This document shows, one piece after another, positions 11,700-19,855 of a DNA stretch of 64,000 bases. The notes under the pieces are model-generated. The model was given only the letters and a program-made list of their open reading frames with translations. It did not search any database and had not been told where the DNA came from. The translations under genes were made by a program, and so were the position numbers. Source of the DNA: an uncultured Verrucomicrobiae bacterium (GTDB taxonomy: Bacteria; Verrucomicrobiota; Verrucomicrobiia; Limisphaerales; JAFGQR01); the NCBI GenBank assembly GCA_963788655.1, contig CAWBHS010000088.1, forward strand, positions 128,001-192,000. The letters are read 5' to 3'. Positions within the stretch are counted from its first letter, which is position 1, and every line of letters starts with the position of its first letter.

Positions 11700-12352
11700 C
11701 GGTGGCACATGCTGCAATCGGTCAGTTGGGTGGTGTTCACCTGGTATTGGTTGACGAGCGCTTCTCCCAACGCGAGCTGATTGGTTGGGGAACGCCACCC
11801 CATATTGAAGACTTCGCTTTTGGGGCGAATGAATTTCTGCGGGCTATTGTGGCAGTCCAGGCACCATTTCATGTACAGCGTATTTTGCTGCCAGGTCAGC
11901 GGCATTTGCTCCACCGGACCGTGGCACGTCGCGCACCCGATGCCTTTGCTCACGTGAATGCTGTGATTGAAGAAGACGAAGTCCGGCAGATCATGGACCC
12001 GATTCCACCGCAGGCGCTGATGGTTCGCCAGGCTTGCCCGCACGGGCGCCAGCAGCGGCGCGTCGGTCCAAAGTTGTGAATGGCAGGTCATGCACGTTTC
12101 CGTGGGCGGAATGCCGGCAAAGGCCGAGTTCTCGACCGAAGTATGGCAATAACGACAGTCAATCCCCAAACCGTACACATGATGCTTGTGACTGAACGGC
12201 ACCGGTTGCTCCCGCGGCGCGTCAACTCGAGTCGTGTAAGGCGACCAATAGACGGCGTACAAGCACCACCCCCCGGCACTGAGCAGCAGAATCCCTCCTG
12301 CAATGCTCGCCCTTGCGACGGTGTTGACACGGCGATTAAATATCTGAGGCAC
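11696..12352 (-). CDS. actA: Alternative complex III pentaheme cytochrome c ActA
   Basis: N-terminal TM, QPVPFSHKHH and five CxxCH motifs (CRYCH, CMTCH, CATCH, CLDCH, CSMCH). Confidence 0.95.
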   Translation of the reverse strand: MPQIFNRRVNTVARASIAGGILLLSAGGWCLYAVYWSPYTTRVDAPREQPVPFSHKHHVYGLGIDCRYCHTSVENSAFAGIPPTETCMTCHSQLWTDAPLLAPVRASLANHQRLRWNRVHDLPDFVFFNHSIHVSKGIGCATCHGPVEQMPLTWQQNTLYMKWCLDCHNSPQKFIRPKSEVFNMGWRSPTNQLALGEALVNQYQVNTTQLTDCSMCHR

Positions 12353-12790
12353 AGGTCAGAACAATTCATCCCCCGTCTCGAATCCGGGATTCAAAGTTAC
12401 GCCCCCTCCAAATAGAGTATTGTCCCATGCACAGAATCGGAAGCCTCGGAGGCAAGCCACCACGGCCCGGCCGATCGCTTCCGGTTCACCGATGCGCTGG
12501 CAGCGGATTAATCTCATCAAGGCATCGCAGGCTTCGGGTGTGCTCCGGGTTTCGTGGACTTCATTTGCGAGGTCTTGGACCGCTATTCATTACTCGAGAG
12601 AATAACATTCAACCCGGTCGTTTTCTTTCAGGCAAAAGCTGATATGAGGCGGAGTATTTCCTGAGCCGAATTGGGGAGGCTTCCAATTTTTCGCGGAACG
12701 CCTAGGAATAATGCTTAGGGGAGTGCAGTAGCGGATGCCATTGCACGCGGACCGAACTCGAGATATTAGGAAACCCAACGGAATAACACG

Positions 12791-13453
12791 ATGATGAACA
12801 TACGGGTTTTACTAGTGGATGATCATGCGATGGTGCGCGAAGGGCTGAAATCCGTGCTTGAAAAGGAGCACGACATCATGGTTGTGGGGCAGGCGGGCAC
12901 CGGTTACCAGGCCAGCGAGGCTGTGGAACTAACGGCGCCTCATGTGGTGGTAATGGACGTGACCTTGCCGGAGTTGAACGGCATTGAAGCTACCCGCCAG
13001 ATTCTCCGGACCCATGCGCAAACCAAAATTGTGGGCCTTTCGGCGAGCGCCAGTCGGGACTTCATTAACGGCATGCTGCAGGCCGGCGCCTCGGCTTATT
13101 TGTTGAAACGTTCGGCTGCCCAAGAGTTGGTGCAGGCCATACGACTGGTGGTTCAGGGCAAAACCTTTCTAAGCCCCGACATTGCCGGAAGCATTGTGGA
13201 TGAGCACGTGCGCCAGCCTGCTGCGAACGGATCGGGGGTGGCTCGTTTGGCGGGTCTTACCGCCCGCGAACGCGAGTTGCTCCAGTTGCTTTCGGAAGGC
13301 AACACCGCCAAGGAAATGGCCTATACCCTGCACGTCAGCGTAAAAACCATTGAGACGCATCGGCGCAATGTTATGCAAAAATTGCGGTTGCACAGCGTGG
13401 CCGAGTTGACCAAATACGCGGTGCGCGAAGGCGTCACCTCAGTGGATTTCTAA
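12791..13453 (+). CDS. NarL/FixJ family response regulator (REC + LuxR HTH)
   Basis: VLLVDDHAMVREGL, VVVMDVTLPELNG, LTARERELLQLLSEG, VSVKTIETHRRNVMQKL. Confidence 0.95.
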   Translation: MMNIRVLLVDDHAMVREGLKSVLEKEHDIMVVGQAGTGYQASEAVELTAPHVVVMDVTLPELNGIEATRQILRTHAQTKIVGLSASASRDFINGMLQAGASAYLLKRSAAQELVQAIRLVVQGKTFLSPDIAGSIVDEHVRQPAANGSGVARLAGLTARERELLQLLSEGNTAKEMAYTLHVSVKTIETHRRNVMQKLRLHSVAELTKYAVREGVTSVDF

Positions 13454-13462
13454 AGGCACCCT

Positions 13463-14104
13463 ATGCCCCAGATGGCCACAACTGAGGAGTGCGAACGTCA
13501 ATACCTGGCGGAAGTATTGCACGACGGGGTGGGGCAGGTGCTCTCCCTGTGCCGGATAAAGTTGGACATGCTATCTCACACCCTATCCCACATCCCCCAG
13601 GCCTCCGAATTGGCCAATATTCGGGATTTGTTGGATCAAACCATTGATGAAACGCATACCTTGGTCAGCGGAACCAGTCCGCTGGTGCTGCACGAATTCG
13701 GGTTGACCGCCGCCATTCGCGCACTGGCAAAAGTGTTTCAACAGACCTATGGACTCAGCGTGCGGATTATGGCCGACCAGCAATCCGAGGGGGACCATTT
13801 GTCGGCCGAATCCCGTAACGTGTTCTATACGGCGGTGCGTGAGCTCCTGACCAACATTCGCAAGTATTCCGGCGCGCGCCAGGCGACCGTCACCCTGAGC
13901 GAGAATGGCGCTCAGTTTGTGGTCCGGGTAAAGGACAATGGCCGGGGCTTTGATCCGGGTAGGGCGCATGTCTGTCCGACCGCCAAAGGTGGATTTGGTC
14001 TGCTGAATATCAGCCGGCGCTGTGAGCAAATCGGGGCACAGTTCAGCCTGCGATCCAGCCCCGGACGAGGAACTATAGCCACCCTCACCGCTCCGCTGGT
14101 TTGA
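13463..14104 (+). CDS. HisKA_3-type histidine kinase without sensor domain
   Basis: ERQYLAEVLHDGVGQ H-box, ELLTNIRKYS N-box, DNGRGFD and GGFGLLNI G-boxes; only about 9 residues precede the H-box helix. Confidence 0.88.
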   Translation: MPQMATTEECERQYLAEVLHDGVGQVLSLCRIKLDMLSHTLSHIPQASELANIRDLLDQTIDETHTLVSGTSPLVLHEFGLTAAIRALAKVFQQTYGLSVRIMADQQSEGDHLSAESRNVFYTAVRELLTNIRKYSGARQATVTLSENGAQFVVRVKDNGRGFDPGRAHVCPTAKGGFGLLNISRRCEQIGAQFSLRSSPGRGTIATLTAPLV

Positions 14105-14229
14105 ACCATGACCCGGAATCTGCCGAATATTGGCGAACACCCGGCTGAAACGGTAGGCACCATGCTGGGCATGGCGCTGCGCCTGGGAGCTTGGTTCGGC
14201 CGGTAACCATGCCACGCGGATTAGGATAT

Positions 14230-14670
14230 ATGAAAACGAAAGTTGTTAACGAAACACCCCATACGCTGGTCATCGTCTTTGATGCCGGCGACGAAGTAGT
14301 CGAGGGACTCATGCGCGCCGCGAACGATTTTAAACTGAGCGCAAGCCAGTTCACTGCGATTGGCGCCTTTTCCGAGGTGACGCTGGGATATTTCAACCTG
14401 GAAAAGAAAGACTACCAAAAGATCCCGGTGCAAGAACAAGTCGAAGTATTGTCGCTGATTGGCGACATTGCGTTGCGGGACGCTGAACCGGTGGTGCATG
14501 CCCACGTCGTGGTTGGCAAGTCCGATGGCTCCGCCTATGGAGGGCATCTCCTTTCAGCCCGGGTGCGGCCCACGTTGGAGGTAGTGCTCACCGAATCCCC
14601 CAAACACTTGCACCGCAAGTTGGACCCGGAACTCGGTTTGGCGTTGATCGATCTGAAGCTGCCGCCGTGA
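14230..14670 (+). CDS. PPC domain (DUF296) protein
   Basis: FTAIGA, EVLSLIGDI, VHAHVVVG, YGGHL, VRPTLEVVL motifs. Confidence 0.9.
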   Translation: MKTKVVNETPHTLVIVFDAGDEVVEGLMRAANDFKLSASQFTAIGAFSEVTLGYFNLEKKDYQKIPVQEQVEVLSLIGDIALRDAEPVVHAHVVVGKSDGSAYGGHLLSARVRPTLEVVLTESPKHLHRKLDPELGLALIDLKLPP

Positions 14671-14675
14671 GCCAC

Positions 14676-15029
14676 TCAGTCAGGACGTTTCCGGGCCGAC
14701 GCGCGTTGGGACGATGGAGAAGCACGCTTGGACGACTGGGCGCGACGCTGGGCGACACGTTGCTTGGGCTGGCCTGATTTGACAGTGCCAGCAGTGCGCG
14801 CACGAGATCGGGGGGAGGTCTTGGTGTGAGCCCGTTTGGCAGTCGGTTGGTTCTGGGGACGACGCTGTCCTTTGGCTGGTCCTTTTTCCACCAATGCGCC
14901 CACTGCCGCACCCGCTACTGCGCCCACTGGTCCACCGATAATACCGCCTACGACGGCGCCCACGGCGGCATTGGTGAGTTCTTCCGCCGTCGGGGTGGTG
15001 ACCTGAGATTTTCCGGTACGTTTCTTCAT
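14676..15029 (-). CDS. Hypothetical protein with glycine-zipper segment and basic low-complexity tail
   Basis: AAVGAVVGGIIGGPVGAVAGAAVGAL followed by K/R/S/P-rich C-terminus. Confidence 0.6.
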   Translation of the reverse strand: MKKRTGKSQVTTPTAEELTNAAVGAVVGGIIGGPVGAVAGAAVGALVEKGPAKGQRRPQNQPTAKRAHTKTSPRSRARTAGTVKSGQPKQRVAQRRAQSSKRASPSSQRASARKRPD

Positions 15030-15061
15030 GACCTTCGGTTTGAGCCCAATTTACTCAAAGT

Positions 15062-15403
15062 TCAATGCTTTTCCTGTTCGTCTCCATTGGCCGAGTTCTT
15101 CCGGGCACTGCCCTGGCCTCGCAGTTTTCTTTTGGCCCGTTCCAGCCAGCGTCTGGCCCAGGTAAATTCAATCGCCAGAATGGCCAGTCCGGCGGGGATG
15201 ACGATAAACGCCGGTCCGGGCAAAACCAGCAACGCCAATCCCACGAGCAATACCCCGCCGCCCACCACTGCAATGGCAATCCGCTTGGCTTTCTTAAAAG
15301 TCTCGCTTTCGGCGATTTCAGCAAAAAGGTGTTCTGCCGTGTGCTCCTCGGCCGGAGAAGGCGTTTTGCGTGACTCGGTGGTTGTTGATTTGCTCGATGT
15401 CAT
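15062..15403 (-). CDS. PGPGW-domain small membrane protein
   Basis: VVGGGVLLVGLALLVLPGPAFIVIPAGLAILAIEFTWARRWL. Confidence 0.85.
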   Translation of the reverse strand: MTSSKSTTTESRKTPSPAEEHTAEHLFAEIAESETFKKAKRIAIAVVGGGVLLVGLALLVLPGPAFIVIPAGLAILAIEFTWARRWLERAKRKLRGQGSARKNSANGDEQEKH

Positions 15404-15909
15404 AAGTAATCGCCAGGACACACCTTGTACTATTGCACGCGGAGTTCAAGCGGGTATCCCGTGGTTTAAACTGGGGAACGGGAATTGCCATCAAGCTGCA
15501 AGTTTCCCCGAGGGTGCGGAGCGAGTCGAACATCTCTCATTGTCTGATTGCCGAGAGTAAAAATGGAATTAAGGTTTGCCACAAATGCCTCTTGAGGCGG
15601 CCAGGGTCCAGCGTGGCATGCAATTAAGCCCGTAACAGCCATTTTCGCTTCACTGGCGGCGGGCACGGGACAATGTCGGTTTCGTATGCATTCCGCTGAT
15701 TGCGATCGAGGTTAAGAATCGCGTGTTCAACTGGTCCAGTTGGCGCAATTGGGCGCATGCTTTGTATTGGCGCCGTGCGCCAAGAGTAACTGCTACCCGG
15801 GAGGCTGCGCCGGCCCCTTTAATTTGCTCGACGAAAGCAGCCGCCCAGTTTATCCTTTCAGACTACATGATTAGAGTGGTGGATTGATCCAACCACGAGG
15901 GCTTTTAGA

Positions 15910-17133
15910 ATGAAGATATTGGCATTGTGTCTAATTTGCGCAACGGTGCCGGTTGCTTGCGGGAGCGGTCCAGTATTTCCCACGGAAGCACCTGCTGGAT
16001 CAAATTCTGCCGCGCGCGTGATTGGCTGGGGTGAAAACGCTGAAGGTCAAATCAATATTCCTGCAAGTGCAACAAGTGTTGTCGCTATCGCTGTTGGCGC
16101 CTACCACAGTCTCGCACTTAGATCTGACGGTATCGTTTTAGCTTGGGGGGCAAACAACGCTGGGCAAATCGACGTGCCAGCCGGGCTCAGCAATGTGATT
16201 TCCATTGATGCCGGGGAATACTACAGTCTGGCTTTGCGTCAAGATGGGACTGTAATTGGGTGGGGAGCCCCCGAAACCGGTCCGTATCCTCCTCCAACCA
16301 GCCTTTCAAACTTAATAAGCGTTGCGGTTGGCCACTCTTTCAACATCGGTCTTCTCTCTGGCGGTGCTGTTGCGGCCTGGGGACCGTGGCCGAGCTACGT
16401 GATTATTGGTTCGAGCGACAATGTCGCAATTGGCAAAGACGGTTTACTGCTGAAATCCAACGGCACTTTGTTCTCCTGGAATCCGCTTGAAAATACCGAA
16501 ACTCAAATCTATCCGGGAATTTCAGACTTTGTCCTCCTTGCGTCCGGAGGCAGCTTTCAATTTCCGCCACCAATGGCTCCAAACAACGAACAGCTTCAGT
16601 TGGCCCCGGTTGCCCCGAGCTACATTCGTGGTCTGGTTCTGCGCCACAATGGTGAGGTCCTTGCTCTTGGTGACAATACATTTGGCCAAGGAAGTATACC
16701 GGAAACTCTGACAGATGCTATTTCCCTAAGCGCCAGCACAGTTTCAAGTATCGCGTTACGCAAAGACGGTTCCCTTGTCGGTTGGGGCATGTTGACCAAC
16801 CCAGCCGTCGGATTGTCAAATTTAGTTCCACCCGGATTATCCAACGTCGTTCGTGTAGCCATAGGTACTCGTCACAGCCTTGCTATAATTGATACCTTAC
16901 CGCCGTCCACTACAGTTCACATTGAACAGTCTTTCAGCGATTTCGATCGGACTTTTTTCAGTTTCTCTACCCGCACAATTTGTGGAAGAGTTTACCTTCC
17001 TGAGAGGATGGGCGCATTATTTCATGACGCTTGGATACCGATGACGCTCTTTCCAGGGAATGGTCTCACTTTGAGTTTCACGAACTTGCAACTTGATTCA
17101 TCGCAGCAATTCTATCGTGTCCGGCATTTTTGA
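15910..17133 (+). CDS. Exported RCC1/BLIP-II repeat protein
   Basis: Signal or lipoprotein-like N-terminus (VAC), repeated AIAVGAYHSLALRSDGIVLAWGANNAGQ units, C-terminal QFYRVR; visibly more AT-rich than its flanks. Confidence 0.85.
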   Translation: MKILALCLICATVPVACGSGPVFPTEAPAGSNSAARVIGWGENAEGQINIPASATSVVAIAVGAYHSLALRSDGIVLAWGANNAGQIDVPAGLSNVISIDAGEYYSLALRQDGTVIGWGAPETGPYPPPTSLSNLISVAVGHSFNIGLLSGGAVAAWGPWPSYVIIGSSDNVAIGKDGLLLKSNGTLFSWNPLENTETQIYPGISDFVLLASGGSFQFPPPMAPNNEQLQLAPVAPSYIRGLVLRHNGEVLALGDNTFGQGSIPETLTDAISLSASTVSSIALRKDGSLVGWGMLTNPAVGLSNLVPPGLSNVVRVAIGTRHSLAIIDTLPPSTTVHIEQSFSDFDRTFFSFSTRTICGRVYLPERMGALFHDAWIPMTLFPGNGLTLSFTNLQLDSSQQFYRVRHF

Positions 17134-17256
17134 CTCTCTTCCATTTGAATGGACAGTCGTTCACGTTTCTCATTCCTTGTGCGCTTCGCCCCGGATGAGA
17201 TTACGACCGCGTCGTCAAAGCAGCCTGTCAGGATCATTCGTGGGAGGACACCAACA

Positions 17257-17618
17257 GGACAGCGGTTTCAGAAAGAGGATTTTGGCGATGACATGCTGTT
17301 TGATCCCAAGGTGTTGCCCAACGAATATCTGACCCAGCCCAAGCTGAGTCACACCTTCGTTTACGTGTCCACCATCCAGCGCATGGCCCGGAACCTATTC
17401 GGTGCCGAGGGATGCTTCCCGCAGACAAGCGGTGACGCCGACTACGAAGACAGTTCCCTCGCCCCCATCGGGGGGAGGGTCAGGATGAGGGGGCAACCGA
17501 CAAACTCGACATCCTCATCCACGCCTTTGATTTGATCATCGCCGACGAATGCCACCGGGGTTACACGGCCCAGGAAATGAGCGTGTGGCGGGACACCGTC
17601 AATCACTTCGATGCGGTC
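17257..17618 (+). pseudogene. hsdR: Internal fragment of type I restriction endonuclease subunit R (EcoAI-like), interrupted by a palindromic repeat
   Basis: VYVSTIQRM then, after an insertion, KLDILIHAFDLIIADECHRGY (helicase motif II); no N- or C-terminal domains. Confidence 0.8.
17455..17493. repeat. Palindromic CCCTCnCCC/GGGAGAGGG-type repeat inserted in the hsdR remnant
   Basis: tccctcgcccccatcggggggagggtcaggatgagggg; a related copy in inverse orientation is at 31432-31465. Confidence 0.7.
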
Positions 17619-17639
17619 AACGGCACCATGCAATTGCTG

Positions 17640-17960
17640 CGAAATCCTCGTTCGACTTCAAATCGAATTGGAGGCGCGTTCAACGAGCGGCGTGAACAAC
17701 ATCAACAGCCAGGAAATTCGGGCGTTACGGTTCCAGCTTCCTCCGCTTGCCGAACAACAGGAAATCGTGCGCCGGGTGGAAGCGTTGTTTGCACTGGCGG
17801 ACCAAATCGAGGCGCGGTTTCAGAATGCCCAGGCCCAGGTGGCTAAGCTAACGCCCTCGCTCCTCGCGCGGGCCTACCGCGGCCAACTGGTCCCGCAAGA
17901 CCCCAATGATGAGTCGGCGGAAAAACTGTTGGAACGAATTCATGCCGAATCCAAAACGAA
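17640..17960 (+). pseudogene. hsdS: C-terminal fragment of type I R-M specificity subunit
   Basis: NINSQEIRALRFQLPPLAEQQEIVRRVEALFALADQIE...SLLARAYRGQLVPQDPNDESAEKLLERI is the conserved HsdS C-terminal region; the N-terminal part is absent. Confidence 0.85.
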
Positions 17961-17961
17961 T

Positions 17962-18160
17962 GTCCCGCAGGGACGTTCGAGAATAGCCCAGCGATTCATC
18001 GCTGGGTTTGCGGCGCAAATGGGCGCGAGTCCCGTCAGGGACGAAAGAATCCCCCTCCGGCGCATTTACCATATTCGTTCGCCCTCCGGGACTCGTCCCG
18101 TTTGCAATCTTGACCCACGGTTGAAACCGTGGGCTATTCTCGGACGTCCCTGGCCGGACT
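17962..18160. repeat. Composite palindromic element (GTCCCnnnnGGGAC family)
   Basis: gtcccgcagggacgttcgagaatagcccagcg is mirrored by ccgtgggctattctcggacgtccc; internal gtcccgtcagggacgaa/ttcgccctccgggact hairpins. Confidence 0.75.
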
Positions 18161-18185
18161 TGGTTTGGCAAGGTCACCTCTCAGT

Positions 18186-18920
18186 ATGCGAAAAAAATTT
18201 GAACTGTTAATGAAGGACTTGTGGCGTGCGCTCGATCATCCGGACGATGACGGACGCACCTTGAGGTCCGCCGGTTGGTGCCTATCGCGGTTTTCCGAGG
18301 ACCTCGGGCGGGATGTGGAGAAAGTGCGTCAGTTACTTGATTTCGGGCGGGCATTGCGCAGCTCGGATGCCCTGGGCCGTCAGGTCGCCGAAGAACGGCT
18401 GATGGACGATTTGATTTACCTGACCGGGAATTGCTCCAACGTGCTCGAAGACGCTGGAATTTCACGTTTGCGCGGTTTTGATGTGGCCTTCCAGGCGCCC
18501 GCAGACTGCCAACCGGTCCTCGGGGTTCTCCAGGCATTGCATGACTATGGCTTGGAATGTCTCCAGTTCAGACGTTCCCGTGATTCGTTTGGCGGTCGGC
18601 GACGCGCGATGGCGTTTGAAATCCTGGCCCGCCTTGGTCGCGTAGTTGATCTGCCTGAAGTGGAGCGCTTGGCCCGGCAGGCATTAGGCAAAAACCAATC
18701 CGTCGAAGCACGCGAGGCTGCGGAGTTTCTCAAGGAATATTATTGCGGACGCGGTGTCGCGCCGGACGACGCGACCACCGACGAACTGTTGTCCCTGGCG
18801 CAACGGACACATTCCCGATCCACGGTCTTCAGCGCCCTGAACGTGCTGGTGGAAACGGGCACGATCAGCGAGTTTGAGGCCTTGGATCGCATGGACGACT
18901 GGAAGGACCGGAACCGTTGA
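18186..18920 (+). CDS. Hypothetical alpha-helical protein
   Basis: Open frame from ATG 18186; Leu/Ala/Arg/Glu-rich; no recognised family. Confidence 0.65.
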   Translation: MRKKFELLMKDLWRALDHPDDDGRTLRSAGWCLSRFSEDLGRDVEKVRQLLDFGRALRSSDALGRQVAEERLMDDLIYLTGNCSNVLEDAGISRLRGFDVAFQAPADCQPVLGVLQALHDYGLECLQFRRSRDSFGGRRRAMAFEILARLGRVVDLPEVERLARQALGKNQSVEAREAAEFLKEYYCGRGVAPDDATTDELLSLAQRTHSRSTVFSALNVLVETGTISEFEALDRMDDWKDRNR

Positions 18921-18957
18921 TACCCATACCGACCATGATCCTCGCCGCACGTGAGTC

Positions 18958-19509
18958 ATGCGCACTGACATTCCAGAAAGACTGCTGAAGATAACGGACG
19001 AAATCTCCGCGCAGGGTCATGCCAACCTTACTCGGTTAACGATCTTGAAAAAGTGGTTTGACCGTCCCGCTCGACTGGCTGGCTTCGCCATCTGGGTGGC
19101 AGCGCGTGCAAATTCGCGGAAAGGCAAAACGGGCGGCCTGGCGGGCGAATTGTTCCAGGAAGGACGGGCGTTGCTGGGTAACGCAAATCCCTATGTCCCA
19201 AGAGTGAACCGGGAAGCAGCGCAACTGTTACGCCGTCGGCTTCGCCAATTTCAGAATGAACACAAGAAACACCAATGGGGACCGGTACGGATCATCAAGA
19301 ATTGGAACCTGCTCCTTGTGGAACAGGGTCTGGAAATTTACCTCTGGCACACGGATTCCCCCGCGCGTGGCTACAAGCTGGCGGCTGATTATTGTCAGCA
19401 CTACGACTTCCGATATGGGAACGGTCTAAACGGCCCCAGTCGGAAAAAAATCGAAGAGATTGTCCGGTTCATGTTCAACTTTGAAGCCGTAGAAGACCAG
19501 CGGAAATAA
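18958..19509 (+). CDS. Hypothetical protein
   Basis: 183-aa ORF 37 bp after the previous gene; YKLAADYCQHYDFRYGNGLNGPS segment; no recognised family. Confidence 0.7.
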   Translation: MRTDIPERLLKITDEISAQGHANLTRLTILKKWFDRPARLAGFAIWVAARANSRKGKTGGLAGELFQEGRALLGNANPYVPRVNREAAQLLRRRLRQFQNEHKKHQWGPVRIIKNWNLLLVEQGLEIYLWHTDSPARGYKLAADYCQHYDFRYGNGLNGPSRKKIEEIVRFMFNFEAVEDQRK

Positions 19510-19766
19510 GGCGAGTGGGCAATGCTCAACTACGGAGAGAATTGTGGCATCCTTTAAGGGCATGTGGCGTACACTAATTCCCGTTGCCAGGCCCGACAGT
19601 TGATGAAGCTTCGCAAGACTCTCGTTCCGGCCAGCGGGAGACTCCTGATGCCGTCTTTTAGGGGGCGCGGGATGTTGCCGATCGGAAGCTGAAAGCTCGG
19701 TCTCGCACGCCCACTAATAAGGGGAGTTAGCGTGTCTCACGATACGCGTCGTAGCGGCGGACTGCG

Positions 19767-19834
19767 ATTTCGGCTTAATATTTTCCATTTCGCCGATGTA
19801 TTTTCGTTTCGGTTATCTTTTTTCTTCAACAACA
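19767..19834 (-). mobile_element. Putative Tn7-like transposon end at attTn7 (glmS 3' end)
   Basis: Minus strand: glmS ...[14 protein letters not shown], 21 nt, then TGTTGTTG-AA and three tandem 19-mers GAAAAAAGATAACCGAAAC, GAAAATACATCGGCGAAAT, GAAAATATTAAGCCGAAAT. Confidence 0.7.
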
Positions 19835-19855
19835 ACCGGGCCCGGAGGGCTTCGC

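Noticed and set aside
12508..12520. FNR box upstream of actA
   Set aside because: TTGAT-N3-ATTAA on the minus strand has the wrong spacing (needs N4) and a mismatch.
12725..12740. sigma54 promoter facing the act operon
   Set aside because: GG-to-GC spacing is one base too long for the strict -24/-12 geometry.
15541..15570. TGTCTGATTGCCGAGAG as the partner Tn7-like end
   Set aside because: Only a partial GCCGA match to the repeat consensus, no repeat array and no ACCGG target duplication.
19767..19824. Three 19-bp repeats as a mini CRISPR array
   Set aside because: The repeats abut with 0-1 nt between them, so there are no spacers, and no cas genes are present.
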